Source: Marsupella aquatica (Eukaryota > Plantae > Marchantiophyta). From it: 64,000 bases of DNA. The notes under the pieces were generated by a model. It was given only the letters and a program-made list of their open reading frames with translations. It was not told where the DNA came from and did not search any database. The translations under genes were made by a program, and so were the position numbers. Positions 52,101 through 63,703 of this stretch are shown piece after piece. The stretch spans positions 3,971,223 to 4,035,222 of the forward strand of contig OZ316892.1 in the NCBI GenBank assembly GCA_973895155.1. The letters are read 5' to 3'. Positions within the stretch are counted from its first letter, which is position 1, and every line of letters begins with the position of its first letter.

Positions 52101-54301
52101 ACATTGCAAATAAAAATCTCGGATCTGAAACATCATCTAAGATTATCAAGATATTCTTGTCAACAACGAAATGTTGAAATGCTGTTGCAACTCGGCTACT
52201 TAGCGAGCTCTTCTCCTGAGGTAGGGTATCCCCCAAACTATTAGGAGAATGGTCTGCCAAAACTTCATATTGCTTGTTGCAAGTATCCTTTACTGAACAC
52301 TTTGCACACGAAAGCCAGATCACATGCTCGAATAAGTTGCCATTTTCTCCATCTTTCCCATAACGCTCATACATGTACCGTGCAAGTGTTGACTTGCCTT
52401 TGCCTACTCCACCATGAAGCAAAATCACGTGAACTCCTTCAGGTTTTTCGATTTCTCGAATGACTTCGTTGTGTGAACTTTGGATTGGCACATAAAACTG
52501 TTCATTATTGAGGACTGACGTTGGTATGGCTAAGCCTGTATGTGATCCTTTCTGCAAAGTTTGATGATGGGCTCCCGCCAAGTCTGTTTCTTCCTGTGCC
52601 TCACCCTCTCCCTGGATTCCAGCAAGACAAGTTATAATAAAGCTTTAATGTTTTAGATGCGAAATTTAAGGACATGTAAGAAATACCCTACAGATTATTA
52701 CGATGATCGCTTGTTGTGCCAAATATCAAATATAACATGAATCACATTCCTGAGCAGTCTTGAAGAAGTACATTTGATAAACCTACCTGCAACGTTGTCA
52801 CAATGTTGTCAACGAGGGTTTTCAAGTGGTAGAACCTCTTGTCAATTCTGCTCCTTGGTTGACAAATTGAACTGTGATTAGCTATCACAATCAGGAAATG
52901 ATTCCCTTGTCTTGATGATGCTTCAGGTACTTCCACTTCATTGGAATGATTGAATAGAATGTTCCCAAGACAGTTCCAAAATCCCCTCCACTATTCTTGC
53001 AAAACGGTCAATTTACGTCACAGATTGCACTTGCTTTACAAAAACTCACATATGGGCAATCAGCAAGACTGGGATTCAAGCATTTGAAAGCTTTTCGAAT
53101 TAATAGATGCGGCTTACTTAATGGCTCTGTATCTAAGAAGAGATGACCATCAATATAACCATTAGATAAGGTAAGAGGTCCTTGAATACTTACTGATATA
53201 AAGGGAGGAGATGCACCAAGTCCAAAGATCAGCCACTCGTATGACAACCCCACATCCTCAAACTCTGAGTTCAAACGTTCTGCTTTATCATACAAACTCC
53301 CGAAGTACTTAAACAAAGGGCCAGTTGCTGCCTTTACAACACCGGAACTCCCATGATGAGGTGTACTGTAATAAAATACCCCTCTGATGTTTCTCAAAAA
53401 CTTCCCCAGCTTCTCCTTATGATTTGTGGGAGCTTTATTTGAATAGAGCTTGTAATGTGCTTGGCAACATGTCTCCTTGATCACCAAGCCCCCAACACAA
53501 TGACCCACCAAGATTACAGGGCAAGAGGGTATTTGCCCAATGCCACCTTGCAGAAGGTCAGATATCAAGTTTTCCCCCAACAAATACAAGTCGAAAATTC
53601 TAGCACATGCACTATAACTCACGCTCAATATGTGCGCCTCGGGGAAGAAATCAGGCAACCATTCCTGTGGCCAGATACAGGAGTCATCTGCGCTTTTCCA
53701 GGTCGATACATGTGCATCGACAAGTCTCCAGGCCCTAAACCATGGAAGAATAAGACTTGAATTTTGGGAGTCTCCTCAGGCTTGTATAATTCATACAAAG
53801 AATCATTCACCTGTCAGCACCGATGAGACCACCGTTAAGAAATCTAGAGAAGGATCATCGTTTCCAGTTATTCAAGGACCAGTCTGGAAAGCAAAGTGGC
53901 TGTCAGATATCCATTATCGTCGCAGTTATCACTGTGCCCTCAAAATTGCTAAAAGTAAACTCACAGGCTGACGTCGAAGTTATCATCGTTCCCTCGAAAT
54001 GCTAAATAGAACATTCATTGACAGTTTAGCTAGACATAAACGAGGAGTGGACCCGTGTTCACAATGTAACCAAGTTTGACACATGCCTTGTATTATCAAA
54101 ATAGTCATAACTTCGAAATGAAACTGAGTAGTGAGGCAGAGTTGAGGTTGTTGCTTTTGCACAACACAGACACGGAACGAACACAAAATACTTCACATTC
54201 GTCAAGACCAGGTTTCTGGAGGGCGCACTCACCTCACGAACTTCTTTCCTTCTGTTAGATGCAGAAGGCTGGGGAGATCTGGAAGAGGAGCCCTGGAACA
54301 T
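46189..54301 (-). CDS. NLR-like alpha/beta-hydrolase - NB-ARC - ARM array - TPR protein (copy A), ~2,074 aa, with one 1-bp frameshift (possible pseudogene or assembly error)
   Basis: Exons 54301-54233, 53810-53194, 52990-52787, 52611-51916, 51710-50841, 50573-47185, 46567-46189, all GT-AG; total 6224 nt, 1 nt short of an open frame. Hydrolase FFHGL, WPQEWL, GHCVGGLVIKE, YYSTPHHGS, NHSSICQP. Walker A GGVGKGKST, Walker B ILIILDDV, KYLVTSQ, GNPLAL. About 25 ARM-like repeats, then about 4 TPR-like repeats (GDLEGALAD.. twice). Confidence 0.85.
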
Positions 54302-54566
54302 TTTGGTTCGCTTGATACCGAGAATTGTTATCAGAGCTACCTTGGGATTTAAGTTCTTGAGGCGGACTGCATGCATATGCCTGTGGGACAAATCAGAAAC
54401 ATCTCGTAAGCCTGAGTGGGGGGTGAGGGAAAATGCTTTTAAGGGATTCCTGTGGTTTTCACGACTGCCAATACTTCCCTTTAAGGTCATCCCAGCAGGC
54501 GAGTAGCCCCAGACTGCTTCAGTGTAGCTCACAAATCATCCTAAGGACACAGAGAAGCCTGCTTTC

Positions 54567-54830
54567 GTACCGATGAGATTTCTTCTGTTACCAGTACCGA
54601 TGAGATTTCTTCTGTTACCAATCAAGTCGGACACAAAGTTGTCGCATGGACAGGAACAACTCACATGCTCCCGTTTCATCTGTGACAAATTGACTTGGGC
54701 TTCCCTATGGCTTGAGCTGCTATTCAAGACCTCTGTAACTTGATTGAGTTACTTATTGACAGTAGATGGTCGATCTTCCCTATTGTAACTTGGTTGAATT
54801 ACTTATGGACAGTAGATGGTCGATCTTCCC
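54567..54830. repeat. Two short tandem duplications upstream of copy A (27 bp x2 and 50 bp x2)
   Basis: gtaccgatgagatttcttctgttacca twice; tgtaacttg.ttga.ttacttat.gacagtagatggtcgatcttccc at 54734 and 54784. Confidence 0.85.
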
Positions 54831-56254
54831 AATTAATACTAACTAAGTTTAGATGGTGAACCAACTCCAGAGGGTAGACCTTGGGATGTAACGCCTACAT
54901 ACACGAGTCTAGCTGTATAGCAATAACAATGACTGCGTCAGCTCTACTTCAGCTCTTTGGATTGTGCAGGCGACCGATTCTATTTCATATGCAAGGGCTG
55001 GATTAGATTTCTAAGATCTAGCTTTTTAACATCTGATGACCGGCCTTTGTCAATCCTACGACTTCGCTGCTATCTTAGTGCTAGACCTCATATAGAATAA
55101 GTAGTCGAGATAATGTGGTTAGCCATAAGAGCACATTGAGCTTCAGCTCCAAGTTTTCAATTGCAGGCATCCCGACCAACTGGTTAACTCAGCAGTGACC
55201 ACGAACTAGTCTTTCCATGATTCCTCGATAAGAAGAGATGCACGTATAGTTGAGAGTTTCTAAATTCCTTAGCGATGGAAAGAGATCGCGACTCCCCATA
55301 CTTAGAAAGGAACACTGTTGGAGTGTTGCGTAACCAACTCCAAGCGAGATAAGCTGTGGAGTAGAAACGAATAGAAAGCAATACTCTAGTACGCATCTGA
55401 CGCAAGGCTATAAGTAAAAACGGGACCTCAATGCCGTCCACATTCGAAGGAAACAAATCAGAGTGACGAGCAGATTTGAGGGAACGCTCCTTTACACACG
55501 GATCAGCTGCTAATCCGACATTAGAACAGAGGAACAGAGGAACAGTCACCGTGATCTTTGCGTATTGCTAGCATGTTCAAACTTTATTTCATAAGAGACA
55601 GCCAAAACCCGTGCAATTACCTCAACTTAATAAAGGTTACGTATATACCTCTTTCAGAACACTTTGTCGCGTCGTGTAGATCTTTGCTCGGAGCTTGCTC
55701 CCCGACCTTGCCCAGTTCCGGCATCTACTGTACAGAAACGAAGCCGGGACTTTGACATCGCTTTCCACAAGTTTGTTGATAGAAACAGCGGATTTGATTA
55801 GATCAGTAACGTCTGGCCAGGGCACTTCAGGTCCACAGACTCGCAGTCAAGAAATCTTATCACCAAACAAAGCGCTTCGAAATGACTTCAGAAACGTCAT
55901 CAGACCCGAACCAATCAGGCTCAACAACACTCATATCGGTCAAAGTTCTTCTCCAACAAACAAATTCACGGTTCGGCGAGCTCATGAACTGCCGGCCATG
56001 TCAATCAATCACACTCCGACCAGGCTAGGCTAAAAAGCTATGAGGACATGGACAGAAAGGCAGGAAGGACGGATCGGGGCACTTCGGATCATATCATCTT
56101 CATCGATCGCCAATTCTGGTGTCCACTAATCACAAACGGCAAGGATGGATGATGCAGCTTGAGCGTAAGCATACAAAAGGTGATGAGAGTTGGAGAAGAG
56201 TGAATGAGGGCCTCCGACGTCCGAAGGGCACAATGCTTCTCCAATCCCCACACA

Positions 56255-57030
56255 TATTTGGTCGAGAGAAGTCTACAGTCCACACCCCTCTAGCTGTACT
56301 CCACCCAAGGAAACGAACGACATATTTTGTCGAGAGAAGTCCACAGGACCACAGTCCACACCCCTGTAGCTGTACTCCACCCAAGTAAACGAAATTTACG
56401 CACACCCCTGTAGCTGTACTCCACCCCAGGAAACGAACGACATATTTTGTCGAGAGAAGTCCACAGTCCACACCCCTGTAGCTGTACTCCACCCAAGTAA
56501 ACGAAATTTACGCACACCCCTGTAGCTGTACTCCACCCAAGGAAACGAACGACATATTTTGTCGAGAGAAGTCCACAGTCCACACCCCTGTAGCTGTACT
56601 CCACCCAAGTAAACGAAATTTACGCACACCCCTGTAGCTGTACTCCACCCAAGGAAACGAACGACATATTTTGTCGAGAGAAGTCCACAGGACCACAGTC
56701 CACACCCCTGTAGCTGTACTCCACCCAAGTAAACGAAATTTACGCACACCCCTGTAGCTGTACTCCACCCGAGGAAACGAACGACATATTTTGTCGAGAG
56801 AAGTCCACAGTCCACACCCCTGTAGCTGTACTCCACCCAAGTAAACGAAATTTACGCACACCCCTGTAGCTGTACTCCACCCAAGGAAACGAACGACATA
56901 TTTTGTCGAGAGAAGTCCACAGTCCACACCCCTGTAGCTGTACTCCACCCAAGGAAACGAACGAGTCGAGAGAAGTCCACAGTCGACACCCCTGTAGCTG
57001 TACTCCACCCAAGTAAACGAAATTTACGCA
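56255..57030. repeat. Higher-order tandem array: 29-bp core alternating with two linkers (112/120-bp period)
   Basis: Core cacacccctgtagctgtactccacccaag at 56281, 56357, 56401, 56469, 56513, 56581, 56625, 56701, 56745, 56813, 56857, 56925 and ~56985. Confidence 0.95.
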
Positions 57031-57311
57031 GTCCGATGTCTTGGTTTTCGGGTGGGCTAATTAAGGTCTTATGGGTCTGTGAGAATTTCTTGGTTTTCGC
57101 GTGGGCTAATTAAGATCTTATGGTTGTGATTAATTTAGATCTCTGATCCGTAGGAGGCATAGGCTCATGAAGATATTATGGCTGTGATAAGATCTTATGG
57201 TTGTCAGTAATTTGGATTAATATGAATCTGGTCCTCCGTATAGACCTGGTCCAAACATTGGGATTGAACTGACTAGTACATTTTACAATAGAGAAAAACC
57301 CTAAACCCTAA

Positions 57312-57547
57312 ATATCGTGCAAGGCCGCACACTTCACAAGGCCAGGTATTGCCCCTTCGTCTTTGGCAATAGTGAGCTTGAGAAATTGTTTTCTGTGGCA
57401 GCCAGATTTTGAACTACAAGAGCTGCAAGTTCTTGCACTCGAGGCATCTCTTGCGCCATCGTCGTTGCTACCTCGTTCCCGGACCAACCTGCATGATCCA
57501 AGGGCATATTTATCTGCTGATCCAAGTGGGCACAAGAGAGCCAGAGT
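57312..57547 (-). pseudogene. Second ARM-repeat relic, paralogous to 45808-46036
   Basis: Near-identical to 45808-46036 (gagctgcaagttcttgcactcgaggcatctcttgcgc...ctgctgatccaagtgggcacaa). Confidence 0.8.
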
Positions 57548-58872
57548 CCTAAAAAAAACTCTTAACGTTATGAACGCAATATACACGATATTCTATATGA
57601 TCCTATTCAACTCTAATTATTTCGGCTTTACAGGGAAACTGCATGTCAATCTAACTTGCTTACAATAACCTGATGATATTTTGAGGAAAAATATGTCAAT
57701 GACGCCAGATGCGGTGGCTATCACTGGCAAAATGCCTACCTGGAATCATCATGCTACTGCTGGGAGTTCCGTCGGATACCACCCTCTCATAGATAGAAGA
57801 TGGAGAGCGCTCCTGTTGTTCAATTTTACGAGTTGATCTTCTAGCCCCAACATATAGAAATCCGGATATCCGATTCAATGATGGTAAAGTCGGACCTGGA
57901 CAGGCCCCTTGATCGGAAAGCAGAAGCCTAAATCGCCACCCTTGTAAGAGATGTCGGACACAAGGTAAGCACTCCCACTGCCTGCATTTTACTCTGAGTG
58001 CTCCCGAGAGTGCTCCAAACCCTGCAAGAAAGAAACGACAGACATCAGCCCCACGCTTCAGTGTAACAATACTCTGTTTGAATTAGGAAGGCTCGTGGAG
58101 CAGATCCGACGACCATCTTGACAAATAAATCAGGAAGGACACATTTGAAGCTGGTGGAGACATAGAATGAATGGAAAAAGAAATTCTAAGCCCACGGAGA
58201 CAAAGAACTACTTATGGACAGATTTGAAGTGCAGACAGAAAGAACGATAAAATGAACAGTTATTCAACATAAAGGAATGAAGTAGGGTGAACAAACAGAA
58301 TTTTTGCTCAAGGGGATAGAGAGCAAAATTTAGTCTATTTTCAGTCATCGGTAATCAACAACGGATGAAGCCAAAGGAGTTGAAGCACACAGGGTCACGG
58401 AGCGAAAGAATCAACAGACCAAGAACAACAATAAAGCAATGAACACACCAACCTTGACTCCTGGAGACAAAACGAATAAATGTGACCTTCCGGTTGCTCT
58501 CTTGCGCACCTGGCACCGTTGTACAATAGCGCATCCCGTGCACAATTTGCGATACAATATCAATAAATGCTCAGTTCGCAGCATGGTCACTTGATTCGAT
58601 CCTCATAGACGTTTTAGTATCCTACGTAATGGCGAGAGCCTACGACTTGAATTTGTTTACTCACAGTGCGGGATGTCATGGCTGTAATGAAACCAGCAAG
58701 CTTTCATGACCGATATCTGACATAAACAAATTTAGCACAGTTTCAACCAAGGATCATGGCAAAGAAGGAATGTTGTGCCACAAAGCTGACAACGTGTGAC
58801 ACTGATCGAACTATCGTAGCCAATGTGTTTTACGGGGCTTACTCTTAAGTATGGATGTGCTACGTAGTGCTG

Positions 58873-60607
58873 TCAGCTGTCAACCCGTGGAGGTTTGATT
58901 CGTAACGCCGACTCTGCATCTGTGCGAGCTTCATCCTCATCCTTAAACAAGAATTTTACATACGCGCGGTGTTTCAGCATCCAATAGTCATCGGTTTCGC
59001 GTTTCAACCCTTCATCCAAATCTGCTAGAGCACCCTCCAGGGCCCCCTTCATTCCTTTGAACACACCTCTTTCTTGCAAGGCAAAAGGACTTGAAAAATT
59101 GCTGTCGCTGACATTGACAGCCTCATTGGCATCCTCAAGCGCCCCTTCAAGATCTCCAGGCTTTGGTTTCACAAACCGCCGTGGACTGCCATCAAAGACA
59201 CCACATTCAATACTAATTGAACAGGCCACTTACAACATGATAAACAAATCTTCACTACAATTGCAAATTTGGCCGGCACTGGATTTCGACATTACGCAGG
59301 CAAGTAAATCCAATGCAGGGTGTTATGAGCAGAAGTCTCCAATCTACGTTTTATTGCGACTAGCTTTAGAAACGTTAGACTCCATCACACCTAGAAGTCA
59401 GTTTTGGGATGCCTCCTATCCTGGTTAGCTACTACGAGTGAATTAGAAGTCAGAATTATAGATTGTCCTTGGATTGTGTTGGACTTCTGTCACTAGGTAC
59501 TGTTAGTCGGAGAAGTCGAACCCTCTTTGTAAGCAGAACGAGCGGAAACGTATCTTTGAATTCTAGAGAGAGTCAGGTCTGCTAGATTGGATCATCCCCT
59601 GAATCATGATAGTGAAAACCGCATGACGACACTGCCGAGTTTCTCAATCCTCTGTCTCATTGAGTAGCACTGATCATACCATGAGAGGACCGATACCCAT
59701 CCATGCCTATCTTGATCGAAATTGATATTATTTGCGCATATTTTTGTCACTTGGATTGGGATTTTTCATGTTGATGAATTCAAATCAATGCAGTAGAGGG
59801 TGGGAGTTTTGTACAGTTTATATTCACGTACCTTCAAATTTCCGCACCAGCTCTGTTGAGTACGTCAGCTACAAGATCAAGGTCAGATAAGGCTTCCGTG
59901 TACATTCCCATAAAGATGAATGCAATGGCCCTTCCTCGATAACCCTGAGCGGACGTCAACTGTGGGATTTATCAAAGTCAGGGCGCCTGCTCCGTATTGA
60001 GTTTCTGGAAGGACACCACCAGCAAGCTTGACAAGCCCATCAAACACCTTCTGTTTGTTGAGGCATCGCCTTTGCCCATTCAAACTGCGCGAGGAACCAC
60101 AACCCTAAACCATGCTGCCCGTTTTTGCAAAACATGGCGATCATGCATGTCAAACAACTGTACAAGGCCACCTATTGCCCCCTTTCATTGGCAACACCGA
60201 GTTTGACAGAGGTATTTTTTGTGGCAGCCAGATTTCGAGATAAACGGGTTTCCCGTTCTTGCAATCTAGGCTTCTGGTGTGCAGACAACAGATTTGCCAA
60301 GCTACCCAAGGCTACCTCTTCATTTAGAAAGTATTGTGGATAGCCACTGTGCTTGCTAGATTTGTCAAACCCACTGCATGACTGACTTCATGTGCGTACC
60401 AGAACAACGGTAATGCTCTTCCTCAGTAACACGGAGCCTGAGATTGTTATCTTCCGTAGCATATAAACTTATCATTGCACGTAATGCTGATGTCCCCACT
60501 TCAGGCTCGTTGTTCGCCAATAAGAGCTTCATGTGGGTATTGAGGACTTCTCTTCACTAGGAATGCTCTACCTGATAGGATCCGTGTGGAATAGATTTGT
60601 AACTTCA
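58873..60607 (-). pseudogene. Decayed 3' part of copy B (last ARM repeats, last intron, TPR exon)
   Basis: Colinear with 46189-47700 of copy A but with several frameshifts. The TPR exon (GDLEGALEDANEAVNV...) stops early at 58873. Confidence 0.8.
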
Positions 60608-63600
60608 TTATGGTCCACCTGACTGATCCGTGTGAGCTAGATTTGCAAGAGTCTTGGCTACCAGTTCTTGCAAATGAGGGCGCTCATGCAAGGCCTGACA
60701 CTTCACAAGGCCAGCTACTACCCCCCTTTGGTTGGCAATACGGAGCTTGAGATCCTTATCTTTCGTAGCAGTTAGATTTTCCAATGCCCTTGCTGCTGCT
60801 CTCTGCAATTCAGGCTTGTTGTCCACCAACAAGAGCTTTGCCAGAGCATTGAGGACTCCCTCTTCATTAGCAATGGTCCAGCTCATACGACCTGTGAAGG
60901 CTAGATTTGCAAGAGTACTGGCTACCCGTTGTTGCAAACCAGGGCGATCATAGAAGGCCAGACAGTGCCCAAGGCCAGGTACTACCCCCTCTTTGTTGGC
61001 AATATAGAGTTTGAGATCCTTATCTTTTGTAGCAGATAGATTTTGCAATGCCCTCACTGCTGCTATCTGCACTTCAGGCGTGTTGTCCGCCAATAAGAGC
61101 TTTGCGAGGGCATCGAGGACTCCCACTTCATTAGCAAGGGTCCAGCTCATACGACCTGTGAGGGCTAGATTTGCAAGAGTATGGGCAACCGTTTCTTGCA
61201 AACCAGGGAGGCCATACAAGGCCAGACACTTCCCAAGGCCAGCTACTACCCCCTCTTTGTTGGCAATAAGGAATTTGAGATCGCTATCTTTCATAGCTGA
61301 TACATTGTGCAATGCCCTGGCTGCTGGTATCTGCAGTTCAGGCTTGTTGTCGGCCAATAAGAGCTTTGCCAGGGCATTGAGGACCACCTGTTCCTGAGCA
61401 ATGGTCCAGCTGATCGGATGTGTGTCGGATAGATTTGCAAGAGTATTGGCTACCCGTTCTTGCAAACTAGGGCGATCATAGAAGGCCAGACAGTGCCCAA
61501 GGCCAGCTGCTACCCCCTCTTTGTTGGCAATAGAGAGCTTGAGTTCCTTATCTTTTGTAGCAGACAGATTTTCCAATGCCCTCGCTGCTGCTGTCTGCAC
61601 TTCAGGCTTTTTATCCGCCAATAGAAGCTTTGCTAGGGCATCGAGGACTCCCGCTTCATTAGCAATGGTCCAGCTCATACGACCTGTGAAGGCTAGATTT
61701 GCAAGAGTACTGGCTACCCGTTGTTGCAAACCAGGGCGACCATAGAAGGCCAGACAGTGCCCAAGGCCAGGTACTACCCCCTCTTTGTTGGCAATAGAGA
61801 ACTTGAGATCCTTATCTTTTGTAGCAGATAGATTTTGCAATGCCCTCACTGCTGCTGCCTGCACTTCAGGCTTTTTATCCGCCAATAGAAGCTTTGCTAG
61901 GGCATCGAGGACTCCCGCTTCATTAGCAATGGTCCAGCTCATACGACCTGTGAGGGCTAGATTTGCAAGAGTACTGGCAACCGTTTCTTGCAAACGAGGG
62001 CGGCCATGCAAAGCCAGACACTTTCCAAGGCCAGCTACTACCCCCTCTTTGTTGGCAATGCGGAGCTGGAGATCGTGATCTTTTGTAGCAGATAGATTTT
62101 GCAATGCCCTGGCTGCTGATATCTGCAGTTCAGGCTTGTTGTCGGCCAATAAGAGCTTTGCCAGGGCATCGAGGACTACCTCTTCATTAGCAATGGTCCA
62201 GCTGATAGGATGTGTGTCGGCTAGATTTGCAAGAGTATTGGCTAGTACGCTTTCTTGAAAAGCAGGGTTGTCGTATAAGGCCAGACACTTCACAAGGTTA
62301 GCTACTGCCCCCTCTTCATCGTCAATCATACGGAGCTCATTGTGGATGATTGTTGAGGGGTTCAGTACCACAGCTGCTTGTTCAAAGTCTTGATGTTGGG
62401 CTCCAGGCAGATTTGTTTCTTGATGGACCTGAGCCTCCTCCTGGATTTGAGCAAGGTAGATTGTAAATAATTGTTGTCCTTACCCTAGAATTGAAGCATA
62501 CTTTTAGTGCCCTTTAGCAAGAACATTCTTCAAAGATGTCGGATATATATATCAAACATCAACTGTGAACATCATTTACTTGTTGAAGAACGGCAATGGA
62601 TACAACTTACGTACCTCCAACTCAATGGCAATGGTGTCAATAAGGTTTTTCAAGAGGGAAAACCGCTTGTCGATCTTGCTCTTTGGTTGACAAATGGAAT
62701 TGTGGTCAGCTTCCACGATAAGGAAGTTATCTCCATGTCTTGATGATGCTTCAGGTACTACCACAACATTGGAATAATTATGTTGACTCTGTCCATTCGA
62801 AAGAACAACATACACTTGATCATCAGTATCATCATAAATATTACTGCAAAACCCAACCACTTGCACCACTCCCATACGAACCTGTCAAATTCCATCAAAG
62901 ACTGCACAAAACTTACAACAAAACACCTATGAGCAATAAGCACGAGTGTAAGTAATGCATTAAAAACTGTTTCAGATAATAAATGTGCATTCAAATGTTT
63001 TGTTGATGAAACGAAATATGCTCAATATGCGTAATCTATAGATACAACCACTAGATACAGGAAGTGATCCTTGCACACTTACTGATGTTGTTGGGAGACA
63101 TTCGCCAAGTCCAAAGATTAGCCATTTGTACTCTGGCTGCACACCTTCAAACTTGAAGTTCAACCGCTCTGCATTTTCATTTAAAATCCTGAAGAATTGG
63201 AACAATGGGCCCTCTGTTGCTTTTGCAACAATAGAACTTCCATGATGAGGTGTACTGTAATAAAACATACCCCTTACGTTTCCCAGAAACATCTTAAGCT
63301 GCTTCTTTTTAATTGGAGTTCTACTTGAATGGAGCTTGAGCTGGTCATGTGCTTGGCAGCATATTTCTTTGATCACCAATCCTCCAACACAATGACCCAC
63401 CAAGATTACAGGGCAAGAGGTAATTTGCCCAATGCCACCTTCGAGAAGGTCAGATACCAAGTTTTCCCCTAATAGATGCATATCAAAAAATTTAGCAGAT
63501 GCACTATAACTCACTGTAAATATGTGAGCCCCAGGAAAGATATCGGACAACCATTCCTGTGGCCAGATGCAGGAGTCATCCTCGCTTTTCCAGGTCGATA

Positions 63601-63703
63601 TATGTGCATCAGACAAGTCTCCAGACCTCAAACCATGGAAAAATATAACTTGCAGTGTAGGAGTCCCCTCGGGCTTGTACAATTCATATAAATAATCATT
63701 CAC
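60608..63703 (-). CDS. Copy B: alpha/beta-hydrolase fused directly to an ARM array (NB-ARC deleted), truncated at 60608; first exon lies beyond the window end
   Basis: Exons 63703-63083, 62881 (or 62788)-62615 and 62440-60608 are in frame. Intact hydrolase FFHGL..WPQEWL..GHCVGG..STPHHGS..DHNSICQP, then about 13 ARM repeats in 88-aa pairs. Confidence 0.75.

Noticed and set aside
55184-56033. ORFs of 62-121 aa upstream of copy A
   Set aside because: No recognisable family; possibly decayed TE cargo, but unsupported.
56130-57012. ORFs of 90-166 aa (MEYSYRGVDCGLL...)
   Set aside because: They are translations of the tandem array in shifting frames.
56255-57030. CRISPR array
   Set aside because: The 'spacers' are only two alternating repeated sequences, there are no cas genes, and the context is a eukaryotic intron-containing genome.
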